A stretch of DNA of 62,434 bases from a virus. Its lineage: Duplodnaviria > Caudoviricetes. A model generated the notes under the pieces. It saw only the letters and a program-made list of their open reading frames with translations. It made no database searches and was not told the DNA's origin. A program made the translations under genes and the position numbers. Positions 26,317 to 35,097 of this stretch are shown piece by piece. Numbering within the stretch: the stretch's first letter is position 1; every line of letters starts with the position of its first letter. The stretch is from positions 1-62,434 of IMG/VR virus record IMGVR_UViG_3300036859_000414. The stretch is one strand, 5' to 3'.

Positions 26317-26831
26317 GGTCCTACCTTCCTTTCGACGCTCGTCATCAGTGAGACAAGAGCGTCCTGGTCATTGCGTACGATCTCATCTGGTGCGACGTAC
26401 TGCAGACCACCCTCAGCAGGATGGTTCTCGTCTCGGTCACCTTTGACATAAACCGTCCCGTCTCGGTTGAACCGTTCGACCCTGAGGATCTTTCCGCCTA
26501 CAGCTCGGATCATGTCTGCTTCTTCGGGAAAGCGGACACCTGCGATCACAGCGATCGGAGGTTGGTGATCGACCATCGCCCAGTAGACACAATCTACCCA
26601 GACTGAAGGTGTAGTAGCTCGAAGAGCCATTCCTACCTTCTGTAGAGTGCTCGGATCTCTATGGAGCATCACGCCCTGTATCCGTGCGTAGGAAGCTATC
26701 GCATCGCTGAACGTGTAGCGGCGAACGTCTCGGTGGAGCCACGAGATCATCCTCGCGACTTCATCCTTCCCGTGTCCAGCTCGGCCTGTGATGCCAATCA
26801 CTTTCGTGTTGCCGATAGGAGAGTACGTCAC
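26304..26831 (-). CDS. Deoxynucleoside monophosphate kinase
   Basis: IGITGRAGHGKD, LQKVG, VRFPEEADMIRAVGG, HPAE. Confidence 0.85.
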   Translation of the reverse strand: MTYSPIGNTKVIGITGRAGHGKDEVARMISWLHRDVRRYTFSDAIASYARIQGVMLHRDPSTLQKVGMALRATTPSVWVDCVYWAMVDHQPPIAVIAGVRFPEEADMIRAVGGKILRVERFNRDGTVYVKGDRDENHPAEGGLQYVAPDEIVRNDQDALVSLMTSVERKVGPWLI

Positions 26832-27205
26832 GCTGCCTCCTTGAGCATGAGGATCTTGCGAAGGCAGAGGGCGTGCTCGATAAGGCTCTTCTGGGCTTCG
26901 AGGATGAACGCATAATCTGCTGCGTCGATGCTCGATTCGAAGATGATGCCTTCTCCGTACGCTATCGCATCGAGGATCTCTTCGTACTGGTCACGTACGA
27001 ACGATCTGCCGTTGAACGGTTGCAGAGGCTGACCGTAGCGTTGAATGCCGAGCTGGAGACGAGCCTGCAGATCTAGAGCAACCGCATCTGTAAGTTCATT
27101 AATCTGCCACAGCCGACGAAGTCGAATGGTCGCTTGTACATGACACACTCGACCGTCTGTGCTGTTTGGAAGAGGCTGATCTCCGTCTCGCTCTTTCAGG
27201 CTCAC
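26828..27205 (-). CDS. All-alpha NTP pyrophosphatase-like protein
   Basis: RLQLGIQRYGQPLQPFNGR...QYEEILDAIAY. Confidence 0.6.
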   Translation of the reverse strand: MSLKERDGDQPLPNSTDGRVCHVQATIRLRRLWQINELTDAVALDLQARLQLGIQRYGQPLQPFNGRSFVRDQYEEILDAIAYGEGIIFESSIDAADYAFILEAQKSLIEHALCLRKILMLKEAA

Positions 27206-27393
27206 TCTACTCCCTCCAGTTCCTTCATCAAACGATCAATGGTCCTCTGCGCAGAGTCTCGATGGTGAATCGCCATTTCGAGCACTGTTCGCTTCGCTCG
27301 GATCTCATCGACCGTGTACGTCTTCGTAGTCTGCAGCGGAGAGGCTACAGGCACGAGTGTGATGATCCTCTGATTGAACTGTCTTTCGTTCAT
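27202..27393 (-). CDS. Hypothetical protein
   Basis: MNERQFNQ...; RBS lies just after the structured element. Confidence 0.5.
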   Translation of the reverse strand: MNERQFNQRIITLVPVASPLQTTKTYTVDEIRAKRTVLEMAIHHRDSAQRTIDRLMKELEGVE

Positions 27394-27404
27394 CTTCCCA
27401 CCTC

Positions 27405-27498
27405 TACGAGCCTGTCGACAGTGATCGCGAGAGTGCGTAACGCTCTCACACCCCATTGCTGGGTAAGGGTCTCCCAACCCACTACCGACAAGCTCGTA
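27405..27498 (-). ncRNA. Structured multi-branch RNA element
   Basis: About 19-bp closing stem with G-U pairs on the minus strand enclosing small hairpins, one with a GCAA tetraloop. Confidence 0.5.
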
Positions 27499-27707
27499 CA
27501 GATGCCCCGAATATCGCATCGGGGCCACCGCGAGAGGTCTTACTTTGCTCCTACCCGGATCAGCAGTTCATCGAGAGTCCTAGAAAAGCTTTGAACGGAT
27601 TCTCGATCCATCCCTCCTCGGATCATGGGAGCAGCGCCTTTCCTCATTGGCTCTTCGCGACTAGACTCATCAAACAGTGTACTCAGCAACAGCAGTAGAC
27701 GTTCTTC

Positions 27708-28106
27708 TTACACGAGCGCAATGTGCTTCTTCACCTCGTTCTTGTCGGGATAGCCTCCCGTTCCCTTCTGGATCACGACCGCGGCACCGAACTCGAGACC
27801 GACCAACTGGTCCGAATCCGTCACACGGAAGTCGTCGGGATGCCCCGTGATCTTCAGCATCTCGCGAAGACGGAAAGATCCATCTCCCGTCAGCGAGTAG
27901 TTCTGAAAGACGTACCGTCCCAGCTCCTTGATGTCGCCGGGACCCGTGACGATGAGCTGGGCCTTGATGTACGGGCCTTTCGCGTCCTGGCTCTTCGGCG
28001 TCGCCACGTACTCCGCCTTGTGCACGCGGAGGTTGTACGTTGCTTCGGGGATGGTGGAAAGGCCTTCGGACATTTCGCCCACAGCAGGTGCGTTCGGAAT
28101 AAGCAT
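27708..28106 (-). CDS. ssDNA-binding protein (DUF669-like)
   Basis: IPEATY...GRYVFQN...NEVKK; downstream of the Sak4-like ATPase. Confidence 0.75.
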   Translation of the reverse strand: MLIPNAPAVGEMSEGLSTIPEATYNLRVHKAEYVATPKSQDAKGPYIKAQLIVTGPGDIKELGRYVFQNYSLTGDGSFRLREMLKITGHPDDFRVTDSDQLVGLEFGAAVVIQKGTGGYPDKNEVKKHIALV

Positions 28107-28121
28107 GACTTCTCTTCTCTC

Positions 28122-29027
28122 CTAGGGTTTTGCCGGCTGAACTGCCGGCGTTGTGGTTCGTGCAGCCGCAGCGATTTGCTGAGGCGTCTTGGCGACTTCG
28201 GGTGCTGTCACCGTGAGCTGAGGAATGAGATGGTACTCTCCCTGCAGCACACGGAGAATCAGTCCGAGGTCAGGCTTGCAGTACTTCGGAACGCGTGCCC
28301 CTTCCTTCAAACGGACACGTGCGACAATATCACCCTCGTTCTCGGTCACGAACTGTCGCACGCCGTTGATCATGCGAAGACGCATTGTGGCTTCAGGCCA
28401 CCCAGGAAGCTCTTTCGGGAGTTTTGCTCCTGGCAGTTCAGGTCCTGGATACTCCTTCTGGTTCGGAACCTGTCCTTCTGTGATACTCTGCTCCCGACAC
28501 GTTAGGATGAGAGGGACGGGAAGGCTCATAAGGTCTCTGACGACCTTCCGTCCTCTCTCAGCGATGTAGGGATACGCTGTTCTCGGGTCTTTGTGACCTC
28601 CGCTCTTCGCATCCCAGATCATGTCCCAGCCCTTCATCGCGATTGCAGCAGCTTCGAGCATGGGACCTACGCCTGTGAGAGAGTCGACCGCCAGACAACG
28701 GAACGGTCCGTGTGCCTGATAGTACAGCTCTCCAGGTTTCGCTCTTGCCTTCAACTCTGCAGTCACAGCGACTAGCTGGTTCAAGAAGTCGATCGGGACG
28801 GCACCGAGGCGCAAGTCGCCCAACGTGCTCATCCCTTTCGTGTTCCCGTCCTCTGTGGCTAGGACGAGAGGGTCTAAGTGCTTCAGAGTCCGCAACGCGT
28901 TCGTCTTCCCTGCGCCAGCAATGGCGTAGTAGAAGATCGTCGGCCACATCCGACGACCGTCCATCTCGTCTGTGAAGAACAGAGCAGGAAGAGATGAACG
29001 TACTGCTGGTGCGGGAGGTGTGCCCAT
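28122..29027 (-). CDS. AAA_24 / Sak4-like ATPase (single-strand annealing recombinase)
   Basis: YAIAGAGKT, LAVDSLT, ILTCRE, PELPG. Confidence 0.8.
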   Translation of the reverse strand: MGTPPAPAVRSSLPALFFTDEMDGRRMWPTIFYYAIAGAGKTNALRTLKHLDPLVLATEDGNTKGMSTLGDLRLGAVPIDFLNQLVAVTAELKARAKPGELYYQAHGPFRCLAVDSLTGVGPMLEAAAIAMKGWDMIWDAKSGGHKDPRTAYPYIAERGRKVVRDLMSLPVPLILTCREQSITEGQVPNQKEYPGPELPGAKLPKELPGWPEATMRLRMINGVRQFVTENEGDIVARVRLKEGARVPKYCKPDLGLILRVLQGEYHLIPQLTVTAPEVAKTPQQIAAAARTTTPAVQPAKP

Positions 29028-29213
29028 CTAACCCTTTGCGGAAGCCGCTTCTTCCTCGTCTGCCTCGTCCTGGACTTCGTCGAGGGAATCTGCGATCCCA
29101 GGAATCGTGGTCTCGACGATCGCATCGACCTCTTCGGCCATGAGCTCGCGGTTCTCGGGATACGCTTCCCGGATACCGTTTGCGATCTCGAGGATCAGTT
29201 CGTCACGTGTCAT
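29028..29213 (-). CDS. Small acidic protein
   Basis: GGAG RBS; very Glu/Asp-rich. Confidence 0.6.
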   Translation of the reverse strand: MTRDELILEIANGIREAYPENRELMAEEVDAIVETTIPGIADSLDEVQDEADEEEAASAKG

Positions 29214-29297
29214 CTGTCTACTCCGCTTTGAGATGGCCGCTACATTGTCGGCCGGTTTACGCTCAATGTGGTCGCTAAGGCGTTCCCACGAATGTCG

Positions 29298-29741
29298 TTA
29301 GTGATCCTGTCGTTCTTTGAGCTTCTCGACGAGCCACGGCTCTCCGTGCAGGTAGAGGTTCTCTGAGTCCGACGGAAGCTCGGTCTTCTCTTCCGGAAGC
29401 TTGTGTAAGAGGTCCCAGTAGAGCTGTTTCACTCTCGGTCCGAAGTGCTTCACGATCTCGTCGATGTTCGGTTGAGCACCTTCGTACCAGGACATCTCAG
29501 GCGGACGGTTCGCAAGAATGTCTTCGACGACCTCGAGGCCCTGCTTCTGGTACTCAGGCGGTGGCTCGGTACTCGTCTTCGGAGGTCGTGCAAGCGCAAC
29601 TGCGCCAGCGATTTCCGGATGTCCAGCGATGGTCGCAACGGTCGCGATCACTTCTGGATGATCCGAGACGTACTTCGCGCCGAGGATGAGGCCTTTACCG
29701 GCTGTCGCCAGACCCTTACCAAGCTTGCTCATAAAGCTCAT
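29298..29741 (-). CDS. Hypothetical protein with an amphipathic N-terminus
   Basis: MSFMSKLGKGLATAGKGL...; AAGGAG RBS. Confidence 0.6.
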   Translation of the reverse strand: MSFMSKLGKGLATAGKGLILGAKYVSDHPEVIATVATIAGHPEIAGAVALARPPKTSTEPPPEYQKQGLEVVEDILANRPPEMSWYEGAQPNIDEIVKHFGPRVKQLYWDLLHKLPEEKTELPSDSENLYLHGEPWLVEKLKERQDH

Positions 29742-29751
29742 ACGGACTCCT

Positions 29752-30093
29752 TCACTTCTTCTTCACCGTCAAGATGTACGCTCTGTCCGAGGCAAGGTCA
29801 TCGAGGTGAAGTTCGTAGTCCTCTGCCTTGTGAAGATCGTCGTAGGAGAATGTGATGCACTCATCCTCACTGCGTAACACGGCAGCAACGAGCATCATCC
29901 ACTGACGGTTCTGTCGCTGTGGAGAGATTCTCGAGTCGTTGCCATCGATGTCTCTCGTACCCGTGCACGACGGAAAGTCTAGACAGCCCTGAAACCAATT
30001 CAGCGTGCGACGATTCTGCTTCCACTGCATCGGTCCGTTGCAAGAGGGACACAGTCCTACTGCCTTCGTGGGTTGAGGTGGTCCTGGCATCAC
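29752..30093 (-). CDS. Topoisomerase-type C4 zinc-finger protein
   Basis: CPSCNGPM...FQGCLDFPSCTGTR. Confidence 0.75.
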   Translation of the reverse strand: MMPGPPQPTKAVGLCPSCNGPMQWKQNRRTLNWFQGCLDFPSCTGTRDIDGNDSRISPQRQNRQWMMLVAAVLRSEDECITFSYDDLHKAEDYELHLDDLASDRAYILTVKKK

Positions 30094-30377
30094 TGCACGC
30101 TCTTCGGAATCACAATAAGCCTTTCTGGATCATCGGTCCTCTGCAACTGGTACGCGCCAGGAGGCAGTGGAACACCGAGTGCATCTACGAGGTCTTCAAC
30201 GTAGAACGCGTATCCATCTGTCCGCGTGTAGCCCTGTCCGATGATCGTTCCGCTCTCATCGTAGACGACTACACGCTGCTGCACTCCTACCGAGATGGCT
30301 GGAAGGGCAGGTGCCTTTCGGTTCTTGGCCTTCTTAATCGTCACTTTCCTCGAAAGATCCATCGCCACCTTTGCCAC
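30090..30377 (-). CDS. Hypothetical protein
   Basis: Operon-like overlaps. Confidence 0.5.
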   Translation of the reverse strand: MAKVAMDLSRKVTIKKAKNRKAPALPAISVGVQQRVVVYDESGTIIGQGYTRTDGYAFYVEDLVDALGVPLPPGAYQLQRTDDPERLIVIPKSVQ

Positions 30378-30727
30378 CAGTGCTCCATCGTCGGCACGAC
30401 TTCGTTCCAGCCGTTTATCCGAATGAGCTTACCATCGTCGTCGAAGACCAGTTCAACCGTGCCGTTTCGATCAATTCGGCTAAACGGATCTCGTGTCCCG
30501 TTGATGAAGTACCGACACGAGTCTCTCGTCAGCACGATGTTGTATCTGAAGTTCTCGTTCGCTAAGAGCTCTTGCAGTACTTCTCGTGAGGTCGTGCCCA
30601 CTTCGAGATATGCTCTATCCGCCTTGAACGGACAGAACCGCTTCAGCATATCCACGATCGCAACCTTGCGAAGCGGATCTTCCGTCACTGCATCGACGAA
30701 CTCCTGCATCCAGTTCGAGGTGTACAT
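30341..30727 (-). CDS. Hypothetical protein
   Basis: GAGG RBS; globular-looking sequence. Confidence 0.55.
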   Translation of the reverse strand: MYTSNWMQEFVDAVTEDPLRKVAIVDMLKRFCPFKADRAYLEVGTTSREVLQELLANENFRYNIVLTRDSCRYFINGTRDPFSRIDRNGTVELVFDDDGKLIRINGWNEVVPTMEHWWQRWRWIFRGK

Positions 30728-30916
30728 CTAGTCCTCGACGTGTGAGGAGACTACAGAGACGTCCGCTTCGACGCCTAAGGCATCAAGGAAGTCCTGTTTG
30801 ACTTGCTCTGCAAGCTCTTTAGGACTCGGCAGGACCGTCGAGACCTTCGCCTCCGGGTCCACGTCCTTCAGTTGGTCCTCCTCCACCGTCACTCTCAACG
30901 TCACTTCGTATCTCAT
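30728..30916 (-). CDS. Hypothetical protein
   Basis: GGAGG RBS. Confidence 0.55.
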   Translation of the reverse strand: MRYEVTLRVTVEEDQLKDVDPEAKVSTVLPSPKELAEQVKQDFLDALGVEADVSVVSSHVED

Positions 30917-32036
30917 TGAGTGTCCTCCCAGCAGCGTCGTCTACGTAATCATTCCCGCGTTTCACGAAGATCATCCTTCGTGTCTCGTTGTCCTTCACGC
31001 AGAGGTCTCTGTGCGAGCACGTCCCGTACTGGAAACATTGCTGCGTGTTCTTCGGGAACGTGATCTTCCAACCGCCTTGGCGTCCTAGCTGGTACATTCG
31101 ATCCGCGTAGTAGTTGTACTTCGCACGGTCGTCGTCTACGATAGCGTGCTTCGCAGCGATCTCCCACGCCTTCATGCAGAACTCGAGCTCGAACTCTCTC
31201 AGATCATCGATCGTGCGAGTATAGATCTCTCTGTGGAACTGAGGCACTTGGGTCTTCACCATCCCGTCGATGATCGCACCTCGGATCATCACAGGCTTGG
31301 CGCCACGTGCAAGAGCGTCGATGCTCAATTGCTTCGTGCCGCCGTAGATGTAAGCTGTCAGCTGTATGTCGATCTCGAACTGGAGAAAGTTGCGCATGTC
31401 CATCTTCTTCATCGTCTTATAATCGACGATGTAGAGTCCGTTCATGAACGTGACGAGATTATCCAGACGACCGACGAGGTAGACGCCTGTCTGTTCTCCC
31501 ACCTCCACACAAAAGGCAAGCTCCATACCGAGCGGCTTCCAGAGCTGGCCACGTCCTGCGTAGTGGGCACGATACGCTGGTAGGAGACGTCGAACAGTAT
31601 CCAGATTCTCTGTAAGCTCTTCTTCATCCTCGACGCCTTTCATGAGAGACTGAGGCGTTTCGCGTCGGATGCTTTCCTCTGCGATCTTCAGACCTTCGGC
31701 AAAGGCTTCTGGTGTTCCTCCACCTTCATGCGCGACGACTTGTGCAGCATGGACAGCAGTCCCGACCTTGAAGTGCTTCTTCACTCGCTCTGGTGCGAGC
31801 ATCTCGATATTCCACCAGCCGTAGTATCGGTCGCACGTCTGATAGCTCTTCCAACGTGATTGGTTGAGGAAGAACTTCGGTGGTGCTTCGATAAAAACGG
31901 CTTGAGGGTTCTCGCGTTTGAGGCTTTCGATGTGCGAACGGACGTTGAGATGGTTATAGTCATGCTCTTTCAAGAAGAGCAGAGCAGATTCGATGTCGTG
32001 TCCGAGATCTAGAGCCTTTTGCGGATCGGCTGTCAT
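30819..32036 (-). CDS. PD-(D/E)XK exonuclease (RecB/Cas4-like)
   Basis: YQTCDR, GTAVH, GRLD, IVDYKT, QLTAY, CFQYGTCSHRDLC. Confidence 0.88.
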   Translation of the reverse strand: MTADPQKALDLGHDIESALLFLKEHDYNHLNVRSHIESLKRENPQAVFIEAPPKFFLNQSRWKSYQTCDRYYGWWNIEMLAPERVKKHFKVGTAVHAAQVVAHEGGGTPEAFAEGLKIAEESIRRETPQSLMKGVEDEEELTENLDTVRRLLPAYRAHYAGRGQLWKPLGMELAFCVEVGEQTGVYLVGRLDNLVTFMNGLYIVDYKTMKKMDMRNFLQFEIDIQLTAYIYGGTKQLSIDALARGAKPVMIRGAIIDGMVKTQVPQFHREIYTRTIDDLREFELEFCMKAWEIAAKHAIVDDDRAKYNYYADRMYQLGRQGGWKITFPKNTQQCFQYGTCSHRDLCVKDNETRRMIFVKRGNDYVDDAAGRTLNEIRSDVESDGGGGPTEGRGPGGEGLDGPAES

Positions 32037-32197
32037 CTCACACCTGGCGCTCTCGGAACAGGAATGGTCTGCGGACAGATTGGAAAGAGTATGTAGCCTC
32101 TCTTCAAGCAGTCGTTCGAGTACCATGCCACGTTGTACACGAACCACAAGCAGAAGGAAGCTGCGAGCACGATCACAAGAGCGTCTTTGAATCGCAT
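32033..32197 (-). CDS. Small membrane protein
   Basis: Hand translation MRFKDALVIVLAASFCLWFVYNVAWY... Confidence 0.5.
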   Translation of the reverse strand: MRFKDALVIVLAASFCLWFVYNVAWYSNDCLKRGYILFPICPQTIPVPRAPGVR

Positions 32198-32198
32198 G

Positions 32199-32726
32199 TT
32201 AGACACCTGGTCCTGTGCACGTATCGAGCTGGTTGTTCAGAGCGAGTTGCACCTTGCGCTTCTGACACTTGAGACAGATGTCCGACATGCCAAAGACGTG
32301 CTTTGTGCCAAGGACACTGTCTTCTTCTCTCCGCAGGAGCATCAGCAGTCCGTAGGACAGAGCTTTCATGTCCTCCTGGACGCGAGTCACCGCTGCGACG
32401 AGATCGATATCCTCAACGTCTCGCTCCATAATCTCTTCGAGACGAACGAGCAGCTCAGCCTCGGCTGTGCTTGTACTTCGAAGTGCCATGGTCTGCCTTA
32501 TCGCTTGGACAGCTTGCTGTCCAAACTGGAGAAACGAGTTCTGTAGTTGCTCGAGCTCTTTCGAGAGCTCCGTTGCTGCATCTGCAATGGCTCTTAAGCC
32601 TTCTTCCGTCGAGTGCACTGCGCAAAAGAGCTCGTCGACCGTTCCGTCCTTTGAGACCGTAGTGCAACATCCACACACGAAGTTGTACTGGACGCCAGCT
32701 CGATAGTCGACTCCTGTCCCTTTCAC
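32199..32726 (-). CDS. Hypothetical coiled-coil/Cys protein
   Basis: CGC...C..H; C-terminal CLKC. Confidence 0.55.
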   Translation of the reverse strand: MKGTGVDYRAGVQYNFVCGCCTTVSKDGTVDELFCAVHSTEEGLRAIADAATELSKELEQLQNSFLQFGQQAVQAIRQTMALRSTSTAEAELLVRLEEIMERDVEDIDLVAAVTRVQEDMKALSYGLLMLLRREEDSVLGTKHVFGMSDICLKCQKRKVQLALNNQLDTCTGPGV

Positions 32727-32939
32727 TTCTGTTTTACCGTGAGAACGGTCGCTCCGTCCTCTGGAATCACGGTCGTGACGAGTGTGTAACCTTCTGCTCC
32801 GACGAGATCCGCTTCTGTGACGATGATCGCTTCGTCCTCCTCATGCTGCATGTGAAGAATCACGCCTATAAGAAGCTTCTGCAGCTCTCTCGGCGTCCCT
32901 CCTGCCAGAAGCTGTGCTGCGAGCGGGATCTGAGCCATG
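32723..32939 (-). CDS. Hypothetical protein
   Basis: MAQIPLAAQLL...; resembles the C-terminus of the 29752 protein. Confidence 0.55.
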
Positions 32940-33281
32940 TCACCCTCTGAGAAGAGCAGTGGTCTTCGAAACGCGCCCTTGTAGGTCGTAGGTCTCTGTA
33001 AGTTCGCGTTCAGAGGGCCTTTTACGTTGAGCCATGACGGACTGAACGAAACGGACGATATCCCTATCGGAGGAGGCGCCAACTGCGTATAGGAGATAGG
33101 TCTCGATGTCGTCCAGCCTACGAATCTCTTCCAGAGCGTACTCAATCGCAGAGATCTCCTTCCGCTGCTTGGTGACATCTTTCTTCCTTTCGAGCTTCAA
33201 GACTACACGCTCTCGCAGCATGAGAGAACGAGCTTCGAGTCGTTCTCGACGCGCCTTCACTCTTGATGCGAAACGTCTCAT
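32940..33281 (-). CDS. Hypothetical basic protein
   Basis: Operon overlaps. Confidence 0.55.
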   Translation of the reverse strand: MRRFASRVKARRERLEARSLMLRERVVLKLERKKDVTKQRKEISAIEYALEEIRRLDDIETYLLYAVGASSDRDIVRFVQSVMAQRKRPSERELTETYDLQGRVSKTTALLRG

Positions 33282-33436
33282 AGTCCCATCCGAACGACGA
33301 GGATCGATAGCAAGATAGCCACAGCCGTGAAGAGGATACCGTTCCGAGGGCTCAGTCGGTGTACTACAGCATCACGACAGAACTCCTGCAGCGTGAGTGC
33401 AACTATGATCGCTATGACTTCCGTCCAGAAGGGCAT
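33278..33436 (-). CDS. Small two-TM membrane protein
   Basis: Hand translation MPFWTEVIAIIVALTL...ILFTAVAILLSILVV. Confidence 0.5.
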   Translation of the reverse strand: MPFWTEVIAIIVALTLQEFCRDAVVHRLSPRNGILFTAVAILLSILVVRMGL

Positions 33437-33688
33437 CTAGCTTTTCTCCTCTTCTCTCTTCGCGTCGAGACGACCCAGAAGTACGACTCCGAACTTCTCG
33501 TACATTCGTTGCTTCGTGCGATTGATCCCTCTAAACTTCTTGCACGAGCACTTCTTGCCGTTGCAACTGCCTGTGCCGTTCCAGTTATGGGCTCCGTTCA
33601 CGTGTCCACACAAGCACTGTGTGAATTCTGGTCCAGAAGAGAACTCGATCGCTACTTCTCGCAGAAGAGCGAACGTCTTCTCGTCCAC
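33437..33688 (-). CDS. Cys-rich Zn-binding protein
   Basis: CLCGH...H...C...CSCKKF. Confidence 0.55.
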   Translation of the reverse strand: MDEKTFALLREVAIEFSSGPEFTQCLCGHVNGAHNWNGTGSCNGKKCSCKKFRGINRTKQRMYEKFGVVLLGRLDAKREEEKS

Positions 33689-34158
33689 TATTTCTCCTCT
33701 AAGAGGGACATAATGTGCGCCGCCAGAGCTTCGAAGTTCGAACCTCGATGCGTGTGTCGAAGGACGTCTAGCACTCTCTGTCTTACTTCGTACGACGTAT
33801 ACTTGCTAAGTAGCCAGTCGATGTAGTCCTGTGTGTCTTTGTCGGACCAGGAGACCGACTTGCTGCTGAGAGAGTACATGCCGTGCGGGAGTGTGTTCGT
33901 GATCTTGAGTGCGAGAGCATACTCCTTCGTATCTTGCTGGACTCTTTTCCTTCCTTGGCACTCTATGCACTTGTAGACGATGCCGTATCCCTTTCCCGAA
34001 TCCTCCTCTGTCTCACCTACTCCATCGCACGTCTCGCACTTCTTCCACTCACCTGCGATCTTTCGCACCCAGACGCCTTGGTGTCTCACCCAGAGGTCTG
34101 GCCGCTCTGCGAGATGTTCTTCGAGCTCCTGGACCTCCGAGCGAGACAGTATCTTCAT
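33688..34158 (-). CDS. Hypothetical protein with DnaJ-like CxxCxGxG motifs
   Basis: CETCDGVG...CIECQG. Confidence 0.6.
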   Translation of the reverse strand: MKILSRSEVQELEEHLAERPDLWVRHQGVWVRKIAGEWKKCETCDGVGETEEDSGKGYGIVYKCIECQGRKRVQQDTKEYALALKITNTLPHGMYSLSSKSVSWSDKDTQDYIDWLLSKYTSYEVRQRVLDVLRHTHRGSNFEALAAHIMSLLEEK

Positions 34159-34167
34159 CGTGTTCTC

Positions 34168-34395
34168 CTACGATGCCCTTCGTGCAAGTTGTAGACGCTT
34201 TCTCTTCCTTTCGAGATATGCAGGAGGAGTAAGGCCCAAGACGCGCAGCATCTTCTGCTCCATGAGCCAATTGGCAGAGACACCATGCGCTCTCGCCGCA
34301 AGCTTGATCCCTTCCTTGACAGAGTGCGGAAAGGCGCAGTAGACCCTCTCACGCACTTTGCCACTTCTCAGCTTCGGAGCGATTTCGCGAGACAT
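34168..34395 (-). CDS. Ribbon-helix-helix-like DNA-binding protein
   Basis: RVYCAFPHSVKEGIKLAARAHGVSANWLME. Confidence 0.55.
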   Translation of the reverse strand: MSREIAPKLRSGKVRERVYCAFPHSVKEGIKLAARAHGVSANWLMEQKMLRVLGLTPPAYLERKRKRLQLARRAS

Positions 34396-34397
34396 GA

Positions 34398-34613
34398 TCA
34401 GAGTGCCTTGAGGAAGACGCGAAGCACGTTGCCTTCCTGCTCGATCTCAGCGATCCGGACCTTCGCTCCGATCTTCGCGAGTTCGATCAGCTTGGCTCTC
34501 GGCGTCTTCTTCAGAAGGTAGTCGATACGCTGCGTTTTCGACGTTCTCTTCGCTTCCCGTGCCATCTTGGCTCGAGTCTTCGCAGCTTTCTTCGACATCG
34601 CCTTCACCTTCAT
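34398..34613 (-). CDS. Small basic protein
   Basis: Lys/Arg-rich ORF in the operon. Confidence 0.5.
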   Translation of the reverse strand: MKVKAMSKKAAKTRAKMAREAKRTSKTQRIDYLLKKTPRAKLIELAKIGAKVRIAEIEQEGNVLRVFLKAL

Positions 34614-34656
34614 TCGGGACGCTGTGTCCAGTGCACTGCCATCTTCTCATCCTTCT

Positions 34657-34893
34657 TCATGACCTTCGTCCTTCCTTCAAGAGGCCTCGATCTCTCGCCG
34701 CACGGAGAACTGCGCTGTCACGCGCTTTCTCAGCCGCGCTGGCAGAAATCGCCTCGACGTCGAGCGTGATCTTCGGAGTGAGCGTCCCAGTGATATTCAC
34801 CACATGAGACGTAGTCTGAGCGTGCTGTTCAGCCTTCTCTAACGCACCGCTAGAGAAGCCGCACTTACAGGCGTAGAAGAGCGTAATCGCCAT
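34657..34893 (-). CDS. C2H2-like Zn-finger protein
   Basis: CKCGF...AEQHAQTTSH. Confidence 0.55.
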   Translation of the reverse strand: MAITLFYACKCGFSSGALEKAEQHAQTTSHVVNITGTLTPKITLDVEAISASAAEKARDSAVLRAARDRGLLKEGRRS

Positions 34894-34908
34894 GACGCCA
34901 AGTCCTTT

Positions 34909-35091
34909 CTAGCGCCGTGACGATGAACTTACGAGCTCAGGTCTCCGAGGAGGTGGGCGTCGTGCAGTGTCGTTTTCGTACGACGATGGAGAGCCGTAGA
35001 AGACGCCTCCATGTCTGCGACACAACCCGTTTGAAGGAAGGTGACGTGCTCTGCGGACTTTCTGGCACGTCTTACAGAAGAACCGTTTCAT
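34909..35091 (-). CDS. Small Cys-containing basic protein
   Basis: CKTC...CRRH; GAAAGGAC RBS. Confidence 0.5.
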   Translation of the reverse strand: MKRFFCKTCQKVRRARHLPSNGLCRRHGGVFYGSPSSYENDTARRPPPRRPELVSSSSRR

Positions 35092-35097
35092 AGCCTC

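Noticed and set aside
30819-32036. Cas4-like nuclease as evidence of CRISPR
   Set aside because: Context with the Sak4-like ATPase and SSB indicates an ordinary phage recombination module.
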